Shown: positions 38,378 to 50,260 of the stretch, in pieces
Position numbering within the stretch: the first letter of the stretch is position 1
Layout: each line of letters opens with the position of its first letter
DNA from: Oculina patagonica
Lineage: Eukaryota
Assembly: GCF_052425735.1 (NCBI RefSeq)
Contig: NC_135766.1
Location: 26,474,001-26,538,000 of the forward strand
Direction: 5' to 3'
DNA length: 64,000 nt
Made by a program: the position numbers and the translations under genes
The notes under the pieces: generated by a model
Told to the model about the DNA's origin: nothing
The model's input: the letters and a program-made list of their open reading frames with translations, nothing else
The model's database searches: none

Positions 38378-39162
38378 TTCGGAGCAACTTTAGAATACCC
38401 GGCCACTACATGTACATGTGTCGGGACCTTTTTGTAGAACGAGGCATAACACAATAGATTCTATTCTTATTCAATGACATGTAAATAAGTGGCCGGGTAT
38501 TCTGTGCGTTAATATTTGGACGCCAAAATATCAGTGCAACGTAAGCCAATTCGCATAAGGCCATTCCTAATGGTAATGATCTACTATTGTAGATGGTAGA
38601 AATACCCAGGAGACCAGTTTTGATCACAAAGCTAAGGATCATGCAAAAACCTTTGTTCTTTTTTCAAAACTGGTCTCATGGGTATTTTTACAAAATCCAA
38701 CCATTACCATATGGGACATACCGGTATGTAGTGGCTTGATGCGAAACATCTCTATAGACTAGTCATGGTCTACGCCTTTGAACAATGCTATCGGGTAGAT
38801 ACGAAAAATATTTACCAGTTTAATTTCTCGGAAATCAAAATCTTATCAGTTGAAACAGCCTGTTCGCACTGCGCTAAATTTTGTTTGATTTACAAAATAA
38901 TCTGTCAACACAAAGCTTTTTTAAGTGCGAACGATTTTTTTACCCAACAAAATTTTCGCAAGAGCCACCAAACTGCAACGATGCCGTCGACTCGCTTTGG
39001 AGGCTGTGAATTTTTTGTCAAGCGCAAAAATCTATGTTCCTTGACAGCTAACCTTCATCAAGTCAAAAAATGTCAAAATTGATCCTAAGCAAATCAATGT
39101 TTAGCAGCAGTTCTTCCAGACAAATGACACCGAATAAACTTTGTGGCTACGCATTTAGGAAA

Positions 39163-39848
39163 CCCGGGGGGGGGGGGGGGGGTACTCAAAAAAGTTTTAT
39201 ATGGGGCGGCTCCGCCCCAAGCTTTTACCCCTTACCCTTTTATATACCATTTTGACAGAAATTGTACCCCTTTCGTATACCTTTTACTGAAAAAAGGTAC
39301 CCCTTTTATATGCCTAAAAGACATGGCGTAGACTTATATAGAACAGGACGTTTTCTTGTCATTTTTATGCAGCGCTAATAATTAAAATAATACAGCCATA
39401 AATTGCGTCTGTTCGAAATATTTTAATTAAAGGCCGTTTTAAAAACCTAGCTAAATGACGGATTTTCATACCCTTTCATATACCGTATTTTCTCGATTAA
39501 ACGCCGGGCCCTGAATAAACGCTGGGTCTCCAAGATAAAGTGGTAAGTAAGCCTTTTAGGCATTTATTTGAGATGTAATATGCTTTAGGTATGATGGCAA
39601 GATACATTCATGTCACAAATAACGATTAAAAACCCTTGTTTAATAAACATTTTGCTCAAATAAACTGCACCATTCAAATAAACGCCTGATCCACGAAGCC
39701 AAGTTTGAAATAAACGCCGGGGGCGTTTAATTGAGAAAATACGGTACCAAAACTTGAGAAATCCCTACCCTTTTATATACCTGAAGCCTGAAAAAGGTAC
39801 CCCTTTCGGGCGGAGCCTCCCCGTATAGGCTATTATAGGGAGTGCCCC
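39163..39848. mobile_element. CCCGGG-terminal MITE with a nested Tc1/pogo-type MITE (39483-39744, TA TSD)
   Basis: Flanked by a TAGGAAA duplication. Nested TA-CCGTATTTTCTC...GAGAAAATACGG-TA. Confidence 0.75.
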
Positions 39849-40142
39849 TAGGAAATAGCGTTACGGACAAAAAATGGCTAAAACGTTCTGCTTAAAAAGC
39901 TAAAAACGTTTTTTAGAAAGCTTTTTCTCTTTAGTTAGTTAATTGTTCTTGTAGTATTGAATAAATTGTTGTATGGTGTATTGGGTCTGATGCGCCCTAT
40001 AAAAATGTAATTATTATTAATATTTTATTTTATTTATAAAGTAAGAAGTAAGTAAGAGATAAATACCGAGAACGGAGGTATTAAGCGCAGATAGTTTTAT
40101 TTGACATGTTGTTGTCTATATTAATTTTTACTGTTTAATGCA

Positions 40143-42920
40143 CGTTTTTTCGACGTTTTTGCTTGTTTACAAGCAAAAATGGTAGAATAGGGGTTAGTAG
40201 ACAAAATTTGGATCCACATATTTGTAAACTCTCAAGGGACTTTTTTAATTTCTCAAGGGACTGTTTTAATTTCTCAAGGGATTACTTTCCGCTGTGGGTG
40301 ATCACTTGCGATTTCGTGGAAAAAACGTGACTTGTCACATTTACAAACGTTATATAACAATTTTAAAAGTGACATGTCAGCTTTCTTATCTCAACGCACG
40401 TGTGTCTGAAAGGCGATCTATAAAAAGCGTCGCACAAACAATGGATTGCGTAACTAAAACACGAATAAATAATCACTAGCACTTACATCGCGTTGAGAGC
40501 AATGTTGCATGAATCGGCTTTACAACATGCGATAGTATCTACGCAGTTCGAGTGGAATTTCAGTCAAAGACAGCAAAATTCTTTCGTATTTCATCTTCAA
40601 ATATAATTCGAAAGCATTCACTGTATATGTGGCTTTTGTTTAATCCTGGGTCTTGATATCCGACCCTCGCCGAGCCTAGACAAAACGCAGCTTGAGTGTA
40701 ACGATTTGTTTACGCAATGTTTTCTCCGACAGTAGTCGGAAATATCCGGGGTTTTTTTCGTGCTTTTTCATGGAGCAATCGTAACGATACGGCCTTGAAC
40801 ACATTGAACGGCGGTCTACCTATAACAATTCAAATATAGCGTCGCAAAAACAAAGCGTCGAACGCATATTTTGCTGTTTCATTTGCTAATTTCGCTGCCG
40901 TAATCGACTGCCTCGAAAGGTCCTTGCAGTTTTAAAGTATAGAATTGTCAGATCTCGCTGAAATTTGCACTGTTTATTTGTGTAATGTTAAGGAATATGT
41001 GTATAAATACCCGGCGCGGACGAGCCATTTTTGACAAAATTATATGGCTGCATTTCCTCCGCGAAGATAGGAAATTGTTAAATTAAACTACAAAGAAACT
41101 GTAATGATAAGTTCGAAGAACAATGCACAGGATAAACCTTCGACTCATACTTCATGCAAAAACGTCGATATCTCGAAGAGACTTTGATTACTCCCAGTTA
41201 TACCTTTTGAACAAACGCTGCAACATTTTCAAACCTGGCTGTAATACAATCTGACAAATGACGACTGGGGACGAGTGAGGACTTCCATATAATTTACTTT
41301 TGACGTTAACTAGCATGCAGGCCTCCGTAGCTCAGTGGTTAGAGCACTGGTCTTGTAAACCAGGGGTCGAGAGTTCAAATCTCTTCAGGGGCTTTTTTTA
41401 TTCAATGTATTTAATTTCATTTATAGCCATTTTAAAAATGTAACGATATTACGAGATGCCGCTTGACTTTAAATACAGGAATTTCCATTCGTTTTTTCGA
41501 CGTTTTTGGTTGTTTACAAGCTAAAAACGTAGAATAGGGGTTAGTGGACAAAATTTGTAACCACATATTTGTAAACTCTCAAGGGACTTTTTTAATTTCT
41601 CAAGGGACTGTTTTAATTTCTCAAGGGATTACTTTCCGCTGTGGGTGATCACTTGCGATCTCGTGAAAAAAACGTGACTTGTCACATTTACAAACGTTAT
41701 ATAACAATTTTAAAAGTGACATGTCAGCTTTCTTATCTCAACGCACGTGTGTCTGAAAGGCGATCTATAAAAAGCGTCGCACAAACAATGGATTGCGTAA
41801 CTAAAACACGAATAAATAATCACTAGCACTTACATCGTTTAAAAATTACAAACGTCAAAAATAAACCATACCAAAAAACTCGCTCTTTTCAAAGATATTA
41901 TTGAAGTTAAAACAAATGCAAGAGATGGGGGCTTCTTTTAGCTTAGGAGCGGTTAAAAATTAGGCCAAATTTGGTCGCTACATGCAAGCGCAACTCTATT
42001 TCGTCATCAGCCTAGGTCGTTAGGGACGTGACCTCGCGTTGACAGGGAATGACAGCAATGTTGCATGAATCGGCTTTACAACATGCGATCGTATCTACGC
42101 AGTTCGAGTGGAATTTCAGTCAAAGACAGCAAAATTCTTTCTTATTTCATCTTCAAATATAATTCGAAAGCATTCACTGTATATATGGCTTTTGTTTAAT
42201 CCTGGGTCTTAATATCCGACCCTCGCAGTGCCTAGACAAAACGCAGCTTGAGTGTAACGATTTGTTTACGCTGCAATTATATTTTGCTGTTTCATTTGCT
42301 AATTTCGCTGCCGTAATCGACTGCCTTGAAAGCCTTGCAATTTTAAAGTATAGAATTGTCAGATCTCGGTGAAATTTGCACTGTTTATTTGTGTAATGTT
42401 AAGGAATATGTGTATAAATACCCGGCGCGGACAAGCCATTTTTGAGCCAGTTTTCTCCGACATGACAGTAGTCGGAAATATCTGTATTTTTTGTGGAGCA
42501 GTCGTTACGCTACGGCCTTGAACACATTGAACAGCGGTCTACCTATAACAATTCAGATATGGCGTCACAAAATGACAAAAACAAAGCGTCAAACGCATAT
42601 TTTGCTGTTTCATTTGCTAATTTCGCTGCCGTAATCGACTGCCTCGAAAGGTCCTTGCAATTTTAAAGTATAGAATTGTCAGATCTCGGTGAAATTTGCA
42701 CTGTTTATTTGTGTAATGTTAAGGAATATGTGTATAAATACCCGGCGCGGACGAGCCATTTTTGACAAAATTATATGGCTGCATTTCCTCCGCGAAGATA
42801 GGAAATTGTTAAACTAAACTACAAAGAAACTGTAATGATAAGTTCGAAGAACAATGCACAGGATAAACCTTCGACTCGTACTTCATGCAAAAACGTCGAT
42901 ATCTCGAAGAGACTTTGATT
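40143..42920. repeat. Tandem duplication (about 40143-41190 versus about 41490-42920) with internal re-duplication
   Basis: Near-identical blocks, e.g. GTGGGTGATCACTTGCGAT...AATCACTAG at 40294 and 41641. Confidence 0.85.
41321..41393 (+). tRNA. tRNA-Thr(TGT), one acceptor-stem mismatch
   Basis: Cloverleaf as above, directly followed by an oligo-T Pol III terminator. Confidence 0.88.
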
Positions 42921-42961
42921 CTTTTCGTAAAGCCAAAGACTGTGATCAATCTCTGTCACAG

Positions 42962-43737
42962 TCCCGGGGGGGAGTACTCGAAGTATACATGACAGGGAGG
43001 CCCGACGGAGCTTCATATTGCAAACCAAAAAAGTACACAAGTATGAAATTTTAGACCCAAAAATACCAGACATCAAAATTTCCAACCCCAAAAAATACAA
43101 GACTTAATATGAATATGAATCAAATTGGCTATAAGCCACTAAACTCGGAAAAGTTATAAAGAATCGAAAACTACAAACTGACAAATAAAGGTTTGCTAAA
43201 ACAAATGATGTTAAACTTTCCACACTTCAGTTCAATTCACTTAGTTTGATTGTCATTTTAAAGCTGCTATTCGAAAGCAGGCCGAATGGCCAAGAGATAA
43301 AGTTCCCAACCGTTGCAAATTGATTTTTTTCTTTTTATCATTCCTTTTTGTTTTTTGAAGGTTAGGCAAATTAATAATATCATTGGCTATAAGCCGAGCG
43401 TTTTTTTTCCAAATCTCACTAAGAACTGGTCAAAACTCAAGGAAATTGGGGGTTTGGCTTATAGCCGAGTATTTCCGCGGAAAAAAAATTCGATGTACAA
43501 GAAAAGAGTTGAATTTGAATGTTCAAAATATTCATCTAGAAGCCCAGCGATCATCAACAAACGAAACTTGACAAGCGTTTAATTTGTAATTTATTCTTGG
43601 TCATTAGCTTTTATTTTAGTGGCGGCTCACCTAAAAAAATACGTGACAGATCCCTTGACCGAAAAAATACCGAGCGCGTAAATTTCAACTCAAAAAATAC
43701 GTCGGACCCCCCGTTATGTATACTTCGAGTACCCCCT
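42962..43737. mobile_element. MITE
   Basis: TIR GTACTCGAAGTATACAT...ATGTATACTTCGAGTAC, with TCACAGT on both flanks. Confidence 0.7.
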
Positions 43738-43851
43738 CTCTCACAGTCTTGTATCGTTTCAAGAAATTGGAAATAGCGCTACACCACGCAATCTACTCTT
43801 TCCAAAGAATCACACGACAAAGTTCTTTAGAGCAAAGTTCTCAACTAACTG

Positions 43852-44057
43852 GCCTCTGTAACTCAGTGGTTAGAGCACTGGTCTTATAAACCAGGGGTCA
43901 AGAGCTGGCTCGTCCCCAGTAGCCCTGGAGTCTCTCCTAAGAAAAAATAGCAGGCGCGGGGAATGACGGGAAGAACCATCCTTCGCTGTATCGCAATCTT
44001 CTCATAAGAGAAGACTGGGACGAGTCAGTCTCAAGAGTTCAAATCTCTTCGGGTGCT
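43852..44057 (+). pseudogene. tRNA-Thr pseudogene (anticodon mutated to TAT) interrupted by a MITE (43905-44028)
   Basis: GGTCAAGAG-[CTGGCTCGTCCCCAGT...GACTGGGACGAGTCAG]-TCTCAAGAG-TTCAAATCTCTT. Confidence 0.85.
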
Positions 44058-44165
44058 TTGTCTTTTCTCCTTTTTCTTACTTTTCTTGTGTTGTTCGTTC
44101 AACTTAGTGCGAGCCAAGTGGAAATGGAATACGCTGGACGAAATTGATTTTGAAAATATCTTTTT

Positions 44166-44449
44166 TTACGGTTCAGCAGTCAAGAATCTTTGCGCTTGTT
44201 CAAAATTAACGAATATTCCCTTGGCAATATTTGGACAAGCACTACCCAAATGGTTCTTCTCAAAACACTCCAGAATGTCTTCCAAATCTTCAGGCTTTTG
44301 TGGTTTCATTTCTCTTGTTTCATCAACAAGAGCTTCTTCTTGTTTCTAAAAAGCAATGTAGTTTATTTTTTTAAGTATAAAGTTAGCTGCAATGCAACTT
44401 TCATGCCCCATGGATTTATACCCTCTAGCAACCTTTTTAAATCAAAGAG

Positions 44450-44481
<32 letters not shown>

Positions 44482-47260
44482 TATAATAATAATAAAAATA
44501 ACAAATATTGTTATAGCGCCTATCCAGGCCTGCTCTAGGCGCTTTACAAATACTGTATGTTAAAAAAAAATTAAAAAAAAAAAAAAACATCACTAAAATC
44601 ACAATATAATAACATCGATAAAAATTCGTTAAAATTAGCTGAATAAATCTTAAAAATTAAAAATGTGCATTAAAAGTAATAAAAAGTAAAAATCGCTAAG
44701 AGTAATAAGTTTTTTTAAAAATATAAGTTTTGAGTTTTGATTTAAAAGAACTTAAATTGTCACATGAGCGGATAAAAAGAGGCAGACTGTTCCAGAGTTC
44801 AGGCGACGAAACAGCAAAAGCTCGAGACCCATACGACTTAAGGTGGAATTTGACAGGGTTAAGGCGTGAAGAGTGTGATGATCGGAGGGTTCTTGAAGGT
44901 TGGTAGAGATCAAAAGGATGCAGAGATTATACTGAATTGAAACAAACCTTGGTATGTTTTTCATCCTGCAGGAAGTAGCTGGTCATATGTGGGTTGAAGT
45001 AGCTGGCAAGAGAGACTACGCTGGACTCGGTGTGTAAGAAGTGATCACACTTGGCTAACAGCAGAATATCTATCAACACTTGAGTGCCAATTTCTTGCTC
45101 GTATGGGTCAGCGGCATTGTGCTTAAAAATGAACTTGTGGGGAGCAATTTCACTATGATATGCTTTTGCTCTGACAGCTTTAGTGAAAACAACCTGGAAA
45201 AAAACATATATACAACAGTTATTAAAATACGATAAAGGAACTTCTTTCAACAAATTAAGGAACTTCTTTATGGGAGGCGCGGTGGCCTAATTGTTGGTGC
45301 GCCGCACTCACTGTGTTGTGTTCCTGGGCAAGACACTTAACTCTTATAGTGCCTCTATCCACCCAGGTGTATAAATGGGTACCGGCGACATAATGCTGGG
45401 GGGGGGGGGTTAACCTGCGATGGACTAGCATCCCATTCGGGGGGGGGGATATTCCTAGCCGCTTAATGCTACCGAAACCGGGATAAGCTCCGGCAGAAGG
45501 GGCCGCATGGCTCGAGGCTTCCCTTAAGGAACTTCTTTAACATTCGGCATCAGCCGGCTTTTTACATTTTCGGCAGAGGAGAGATTGGAAACAAAAAAGA
45601 ATTTTTAAATTTCCTTTGCATAAGCGGCGTACAAAGTTTAACTTTTTCAGTGTCGTTTACCATACCGTAATTACTCGAATAAGCACCGCCCCCGAATAAG
45701 CGCCGCATTTGTGACAAAAAAGTTACCGGTAATAAGCGCCGCCCCCGAATAAGCGCCGCAGTCCCGATGAATTAATATTCCGTTTAACTAAAAGTAGCAC
45801 TATAAAGCCGCTCCAAAATAAGCCTGGGCATTTCTTTCTATCAAAAGCGATGTTTTGCAGTTTAAAGTGATTGTTTTACCGCCCGACCATTAGTTTTTCT
45901 ATCCAACATTCTTACAATACGTAGTTCTGTAAATGAACTTTGCCAGGACAGCAAGCACCACTTCTCACTTCAGCAAAAGACGAATACTAACAATCAAAAG
46001 ATGCTATTTTCAATTACTTTAAAATATTAATTTTTTTGCGGGGTCCAAATTTTAAATAAGCGCCGCCCTCGAATAAGCGCCGCACTTGAGGTGCAAAAAA
46101 ATTAATAAGTGCCGCGGCGCTTATTCGAATAAATACGGTATGCGGCAGTGTTGGAGGAAACTGCGCACGCGCCCTTCGTTTGACCACTGTGTGCCCCGCT
46201 GTGTGAGGCTCCAGATAGGTTTCTTTCACTCAATCTTCGCGCCTTCTCTCATAACGGCTTAGACTCAGTAACAATAAGATCACGCCTCTTAGAACTTTAC
46301 TCTAGTACATGTACAACACACCAACAACTTAGCATTTCAAGCCTAACACAAATTGAACAATAAACAGAAATTAAAACTCACCGTTTCTTTTCCAAATAAG
46401 GACACAAACATGTGAATAACTTCATGGTTGTCACTAGCAATGAAAATCTTTCTCTGTCGCGGCAACGTCTCAAGAATTGACCGTGCTCTCTTAACCCAAC
46501 TCATCAAAGATGGCAGCCTTCTCTCGCTTGTTTCCATCCAATGATCTGTACCTCGAACGTGAACTCCTAAAACAGTGAACCCTGCCAGATATCGCTGGTA
46601 AAACATCCGTACTTTCTCCTTTATTCTAGAATTAGGTTTAACGTACTGTTGAATCAGTTTATTTACTCTCATTCGTTCCTGTGTGGTTATTATTCTGGCA
46701 TTTTCGAATCCATCCACAACAGTTCGATTCTTAAAACTATTGTCTATAATTGTCCCCACATCGAGGTAATCGGGGCCGTCAAGCCTCAAAGGACAAAAAA
46801 CGTTTTCAACTTTCGACTCCAATCCGTGATTAACAGGTTCAAAATACCAGTCCCACGAATTCACTGTGGGATCCCTCGAGCAAACTGAATTACAAGCTCT
46901 CCAAAACACAGTTGCTCGGTTAATCCCCAAAGCCCGACAAAAGATGATATGATCCAACGTGTAAAGGAGAAAAGACGCAAAGCCGCTGCCTCCACACTCT
47001 GCTATCGCGGGATCCACAACACAAACTGCTGAGCCAGTAGTTTTACCGCGGTTTGTCCTTGTTGCAGCAAGTAAAGGACGATTTTCTGGTTTCATTAAAG
47101 CAATCTTGAAATCATCAGCTGCTCTTTGTGATGCAGGTTGGACTTGTTTTGCCTTAAGAGATCGAGAGGTAAAATAATATTCAAGGGACACAATAAATGT
47201 CAAGAAGACGAGATACAGAATGGCACGGCGGCGAGAAATGAGAACACCTCGCCAATACAT
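44166..47260 (-). CDS. NodZ/FUT8-like fucosyltransferase copy 4 (about 434 aa); exons 47260-46382, 45193-44948, 44345-44166
   Basis: Same motifs and phase-0 GT-AG introns; frame intact. Confidence 0.85.
44452..44904 (-). mobile_element. 5'-truncated LINE (L2/CR1-type) 3' end with an (ATT)n tail
   Basis: Absent from the paralogous intron of copy 3. AGAGAT is duplicated at both ends, and an AGCGCCT...AGGCGCT stem precedes the tail. Confidence 0.7.
45271..45523 (+). mobile_element. tRNA-derived SINE
   Basis: GGGAGGCGCGGTGGCC head and GGGCAAGACACTTAACTC...CCACCCAGGTGTATAAATGGGTACCGGC core. 16-bp TSD TTAAGGAACTTCTTTA. Confidence 0.85.
45665..46138. mobile_element. Tc1/mariner-pogo-type MITE
   Basis: TA-CCGTA...TACGG-TA with repeated GAATAAGCGCCGC subterminal motifs. 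Confidence 0.8.
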
Positions 47261-49168
47261 CAAAGCTATACTTAATGTGTGCGTAAATATTTCAACGCCA
47301 AAATATCAGTGCACCGTACTGAACGTAAGCCACCTATTGACTGGCTAGTCATGGGCTATGCTCTTGAACAATGCGAGCCGGTTAATAGAGATGTTTCGCA
47401 TAAGACCACTCCATATGCTAATAATCTACTATTAGTGGATTTAGTAGAATTCCCCAGGAGACCAGTTTTGATTGCAAAGGAACATACACAAGCCGTTGTT
47501 TTTGTTCAAGACAATCATTTTCTTGTCAATTAAAATAAAAGCGTTCTATTTTGCGCAGAAATGCGACGGGCAAAAAAGAAAAGCAACAACAACAACAACT
47601 AACGGCTCGGCCGCTGACTCGCAGTCTTTGATAAACAATTCTTGCGAACCGTGTATGTATGCGCCCATGCATGTTTCGTGTTACCTCACACAAAATCATC
47701 TTTATTTCCGAATTCTTGGTTATATTCCCATTGGAATCATGGTTAACTTTTAATGAAAAATACTTTCAAAAAATCTTATCCTTTTTTAAGTTTACTCAAC
47801 TTTACTTTGCGGGAACTCGGTTTAAATAGAGTCTGAATAGCACAACGTGCCTCTGCAACGACTTGTACAACGAGTGGCCGAAACCACCTAGGACTGTTCC
47901 AACTGCTAGATTTTTTTTTTATATAACGACTATAAATCTGCCCAACAAAGTTGTGTTCCCGGGTATTTCTGCTAAATCCACTAATAGTGGATCATTAGCG
48001 TATGGAGTGGGCTTATGCGAAACATCTCTAATACGTGTCAATCTTTTCTTCTCTCTTTTTTCGAGTCGGCCGGAATCTCGCTGCTTTGTCTCTTGGACAG
48101 ATCTTCTTGTCCCCGGGTTCTTGTCGCCACTGACATTGGGAAAATAAGTCAGTCTATATCGTAATTAATAAGGACCTAGCTAAACTAGGCTTCAGCTATC
48201 CCTCTCATGTCTGATATCGTTTCATGCGTTGCTCATCTTATAGTTGCAGATCAAGACTCTCTGTATTCAAGTTTCGGGTGACTTGTGATCTGTAACTGAT
48301 TTCATGTTTTAATTGTTTGAATGTTTGTTTTTGTGCCAGTGGCATCTTCAAATGAAATAATTTGACACTGACTCTTGGAAGTTCCCTCAGGGATTAAACC
48401 AAGAATGTGATTTACAATGGTTTTGTACAATGTGATTTACAATGCCCGTTTTAGTCAACCAAAGCATAGGTCCGCAGCACGTACATGAATATTCAGCCTG
48501 GGTTGCAAGCTTCAGCGATAAAGGAGCGCCCATATTATTGACAGGCTCGTGGGGTAGGAAAGGCTCCAGTCCCTCCAGGCCGCTGTCTTCTCCGTTTTTG
48601 GCTTTTGGCTTCTCGCAGACCTCAAAGCAATTTTCACTGACCTTGCATTAGGCGAATTATCAAATAGGTCAAATCCACTTTAACATTTGCTTCAGCTTCT
48701 TTTGCAGACCATCGATAGTCTTCTCTTCATTTTCGATCTCTTCACGTTTTTACGGAATTTTGAACACATGGCATTTGACTTCACTAACAAATCCATTGTG
48801 TTTTCCTGTTTCAGCCAAAATTTCCTGACTTTTCACTGACTTTGACAAGGACTAAGATCAGTTCCATCACTTTTGCAAAATTCCCTGACTTTTCCCTGAC
48901 CTTAGCAACCCTGCTTTAAATTCAGATAAGGGTTCAAGCGCTAGTTGTTTGTGACATTTTACTGCCACAGTTTTCATCTCTTAAGTGTCCGTGAAAGTTA
49001 GATTCAATCAGTTACTCTCGTTACACGGAAGATTTGGTACATCGGAACTATTTTCCCGGATGAATTGAAAATTTTTTTCAGTTTTAGCAAAAACTGGAAA
49101 AATTGGGTCGTTTGTTTGACGGATCTTCCTCCCTTATTGGTGATTAAAATAATATGAAATTTCATCTG

Positions 49169-49241
49169 GCCTCCGTAGCTCAGTGGTTAGAGCACTGGTC
49201 TTGTAAACCAGGGGTCAAGAGTTCAAATCTCTTCGGAGGCT
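49169..49241 (+). tRNA. tRNA-Thr(TGT)
   Basis: Identical to 1672-1744. Confidence 0.93.
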
Positions 49242-49824
49242 CTGTGATGCGAACATTTTTTTCGTGTTTGTTAAGGTTGTTAAGCCTTTTTCCTAAGACT
49301 TTTACTTTTTACACGATCTAAGTTCACGTAACTGCAGCTGACAGGACAGACCAAACAAAATGGTTTAAATTTCACGGAGAAATTTTTTCTCGAACTGAAA
49401 GTGCGTTGCATTCTAAGCGCACGAAGTTACTGAAACTTGAGGTAAACGAACGAGATCGAAAAGGGGCAGTCAAAGCTGCCTCGAATGGCATCCAATTTGT
49501 GTTGTGTTGCAGATCCCGTTTAGGAAATAGTGTTGCGGTCAAATGGTCAAAACTGGTCCCGCTTAAATATACCTATAACTGTAATGGTTCATTAATCAAG
49601 AGCAGTTTATACTTTGTTTCAAATTTCGTAAGCTGCGCAGCCAATTTTATTGTTGTCCGACTTGAATTTTCTTGTTACATGTTTAACTCCTAGCATGCAA
49701 TAACCCGCCACCAACGATGCACAGCATTTTCAAACCCGGCCGCGTAATACAATCTGACTGAATGTCTACTGGGGACGAGCGAGGACGTTTATATACCTTA
49801 CTTTTGACGACAACTGGCAAGCAG

Positions 49825-49897
49825 GCCTCCGTAGCTCAGTGGTTAGAGCACTGGTCTTGTAAACCAGGGGTCAAGAGTTCAAATCTCTTCGGGGGCT
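49825..49897 (+). tRNA. tRNA-Thr(TGT)
   Basis: Full cloverleaf, with a G-U pair in the acceptor stem. Confidence 0.93.
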
Positions 49898-50187
49898 TCT
49901 TTTTAAGCTTACTGCTGTTCTTTTACTTAAAGCATGAAAGAAACGTTTTCCTTTTTATGAGGGCGAAAAACTGAAACCTCTCCTTATCTTAATTATTTTT
50001 TTCTCCTTGATTGTGGAACGAAACGCCAAATGTTGAGAGAGAGAAACTAAATGGCCTGGGTAACACCGACAACTTTCTACGAATCAGACGAATTACAACT
50101 ACCAACCTCGTCCCCAGGGCCTTCTCGATGACGTGTTTTCAAAATGGCGGCTACAAAATCATTTTCATTCGAACTTCGAAATAACTG

Positions 50188-50260
50188 GCCTCCGTAGCTC
50201 AGTGGTTAGAGCACTGGTCTTGTAAACCAGGGGTCAAGAGTTCAAATCTCTTCGGGGGCT
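50188..50260 (+). tRNA. tRNA-Thr(TGT)
   Basis: Identical to 49825-49897. Confidence 0.93.

Noticed and set aside
43852-44057. Intron-containing tRNA-Ile(TAT)
   Set aside because: The body is tRNA-Thr with a point mutation. The insert is in the T arm with a TSD, not at the canonical 37/38 intron position.
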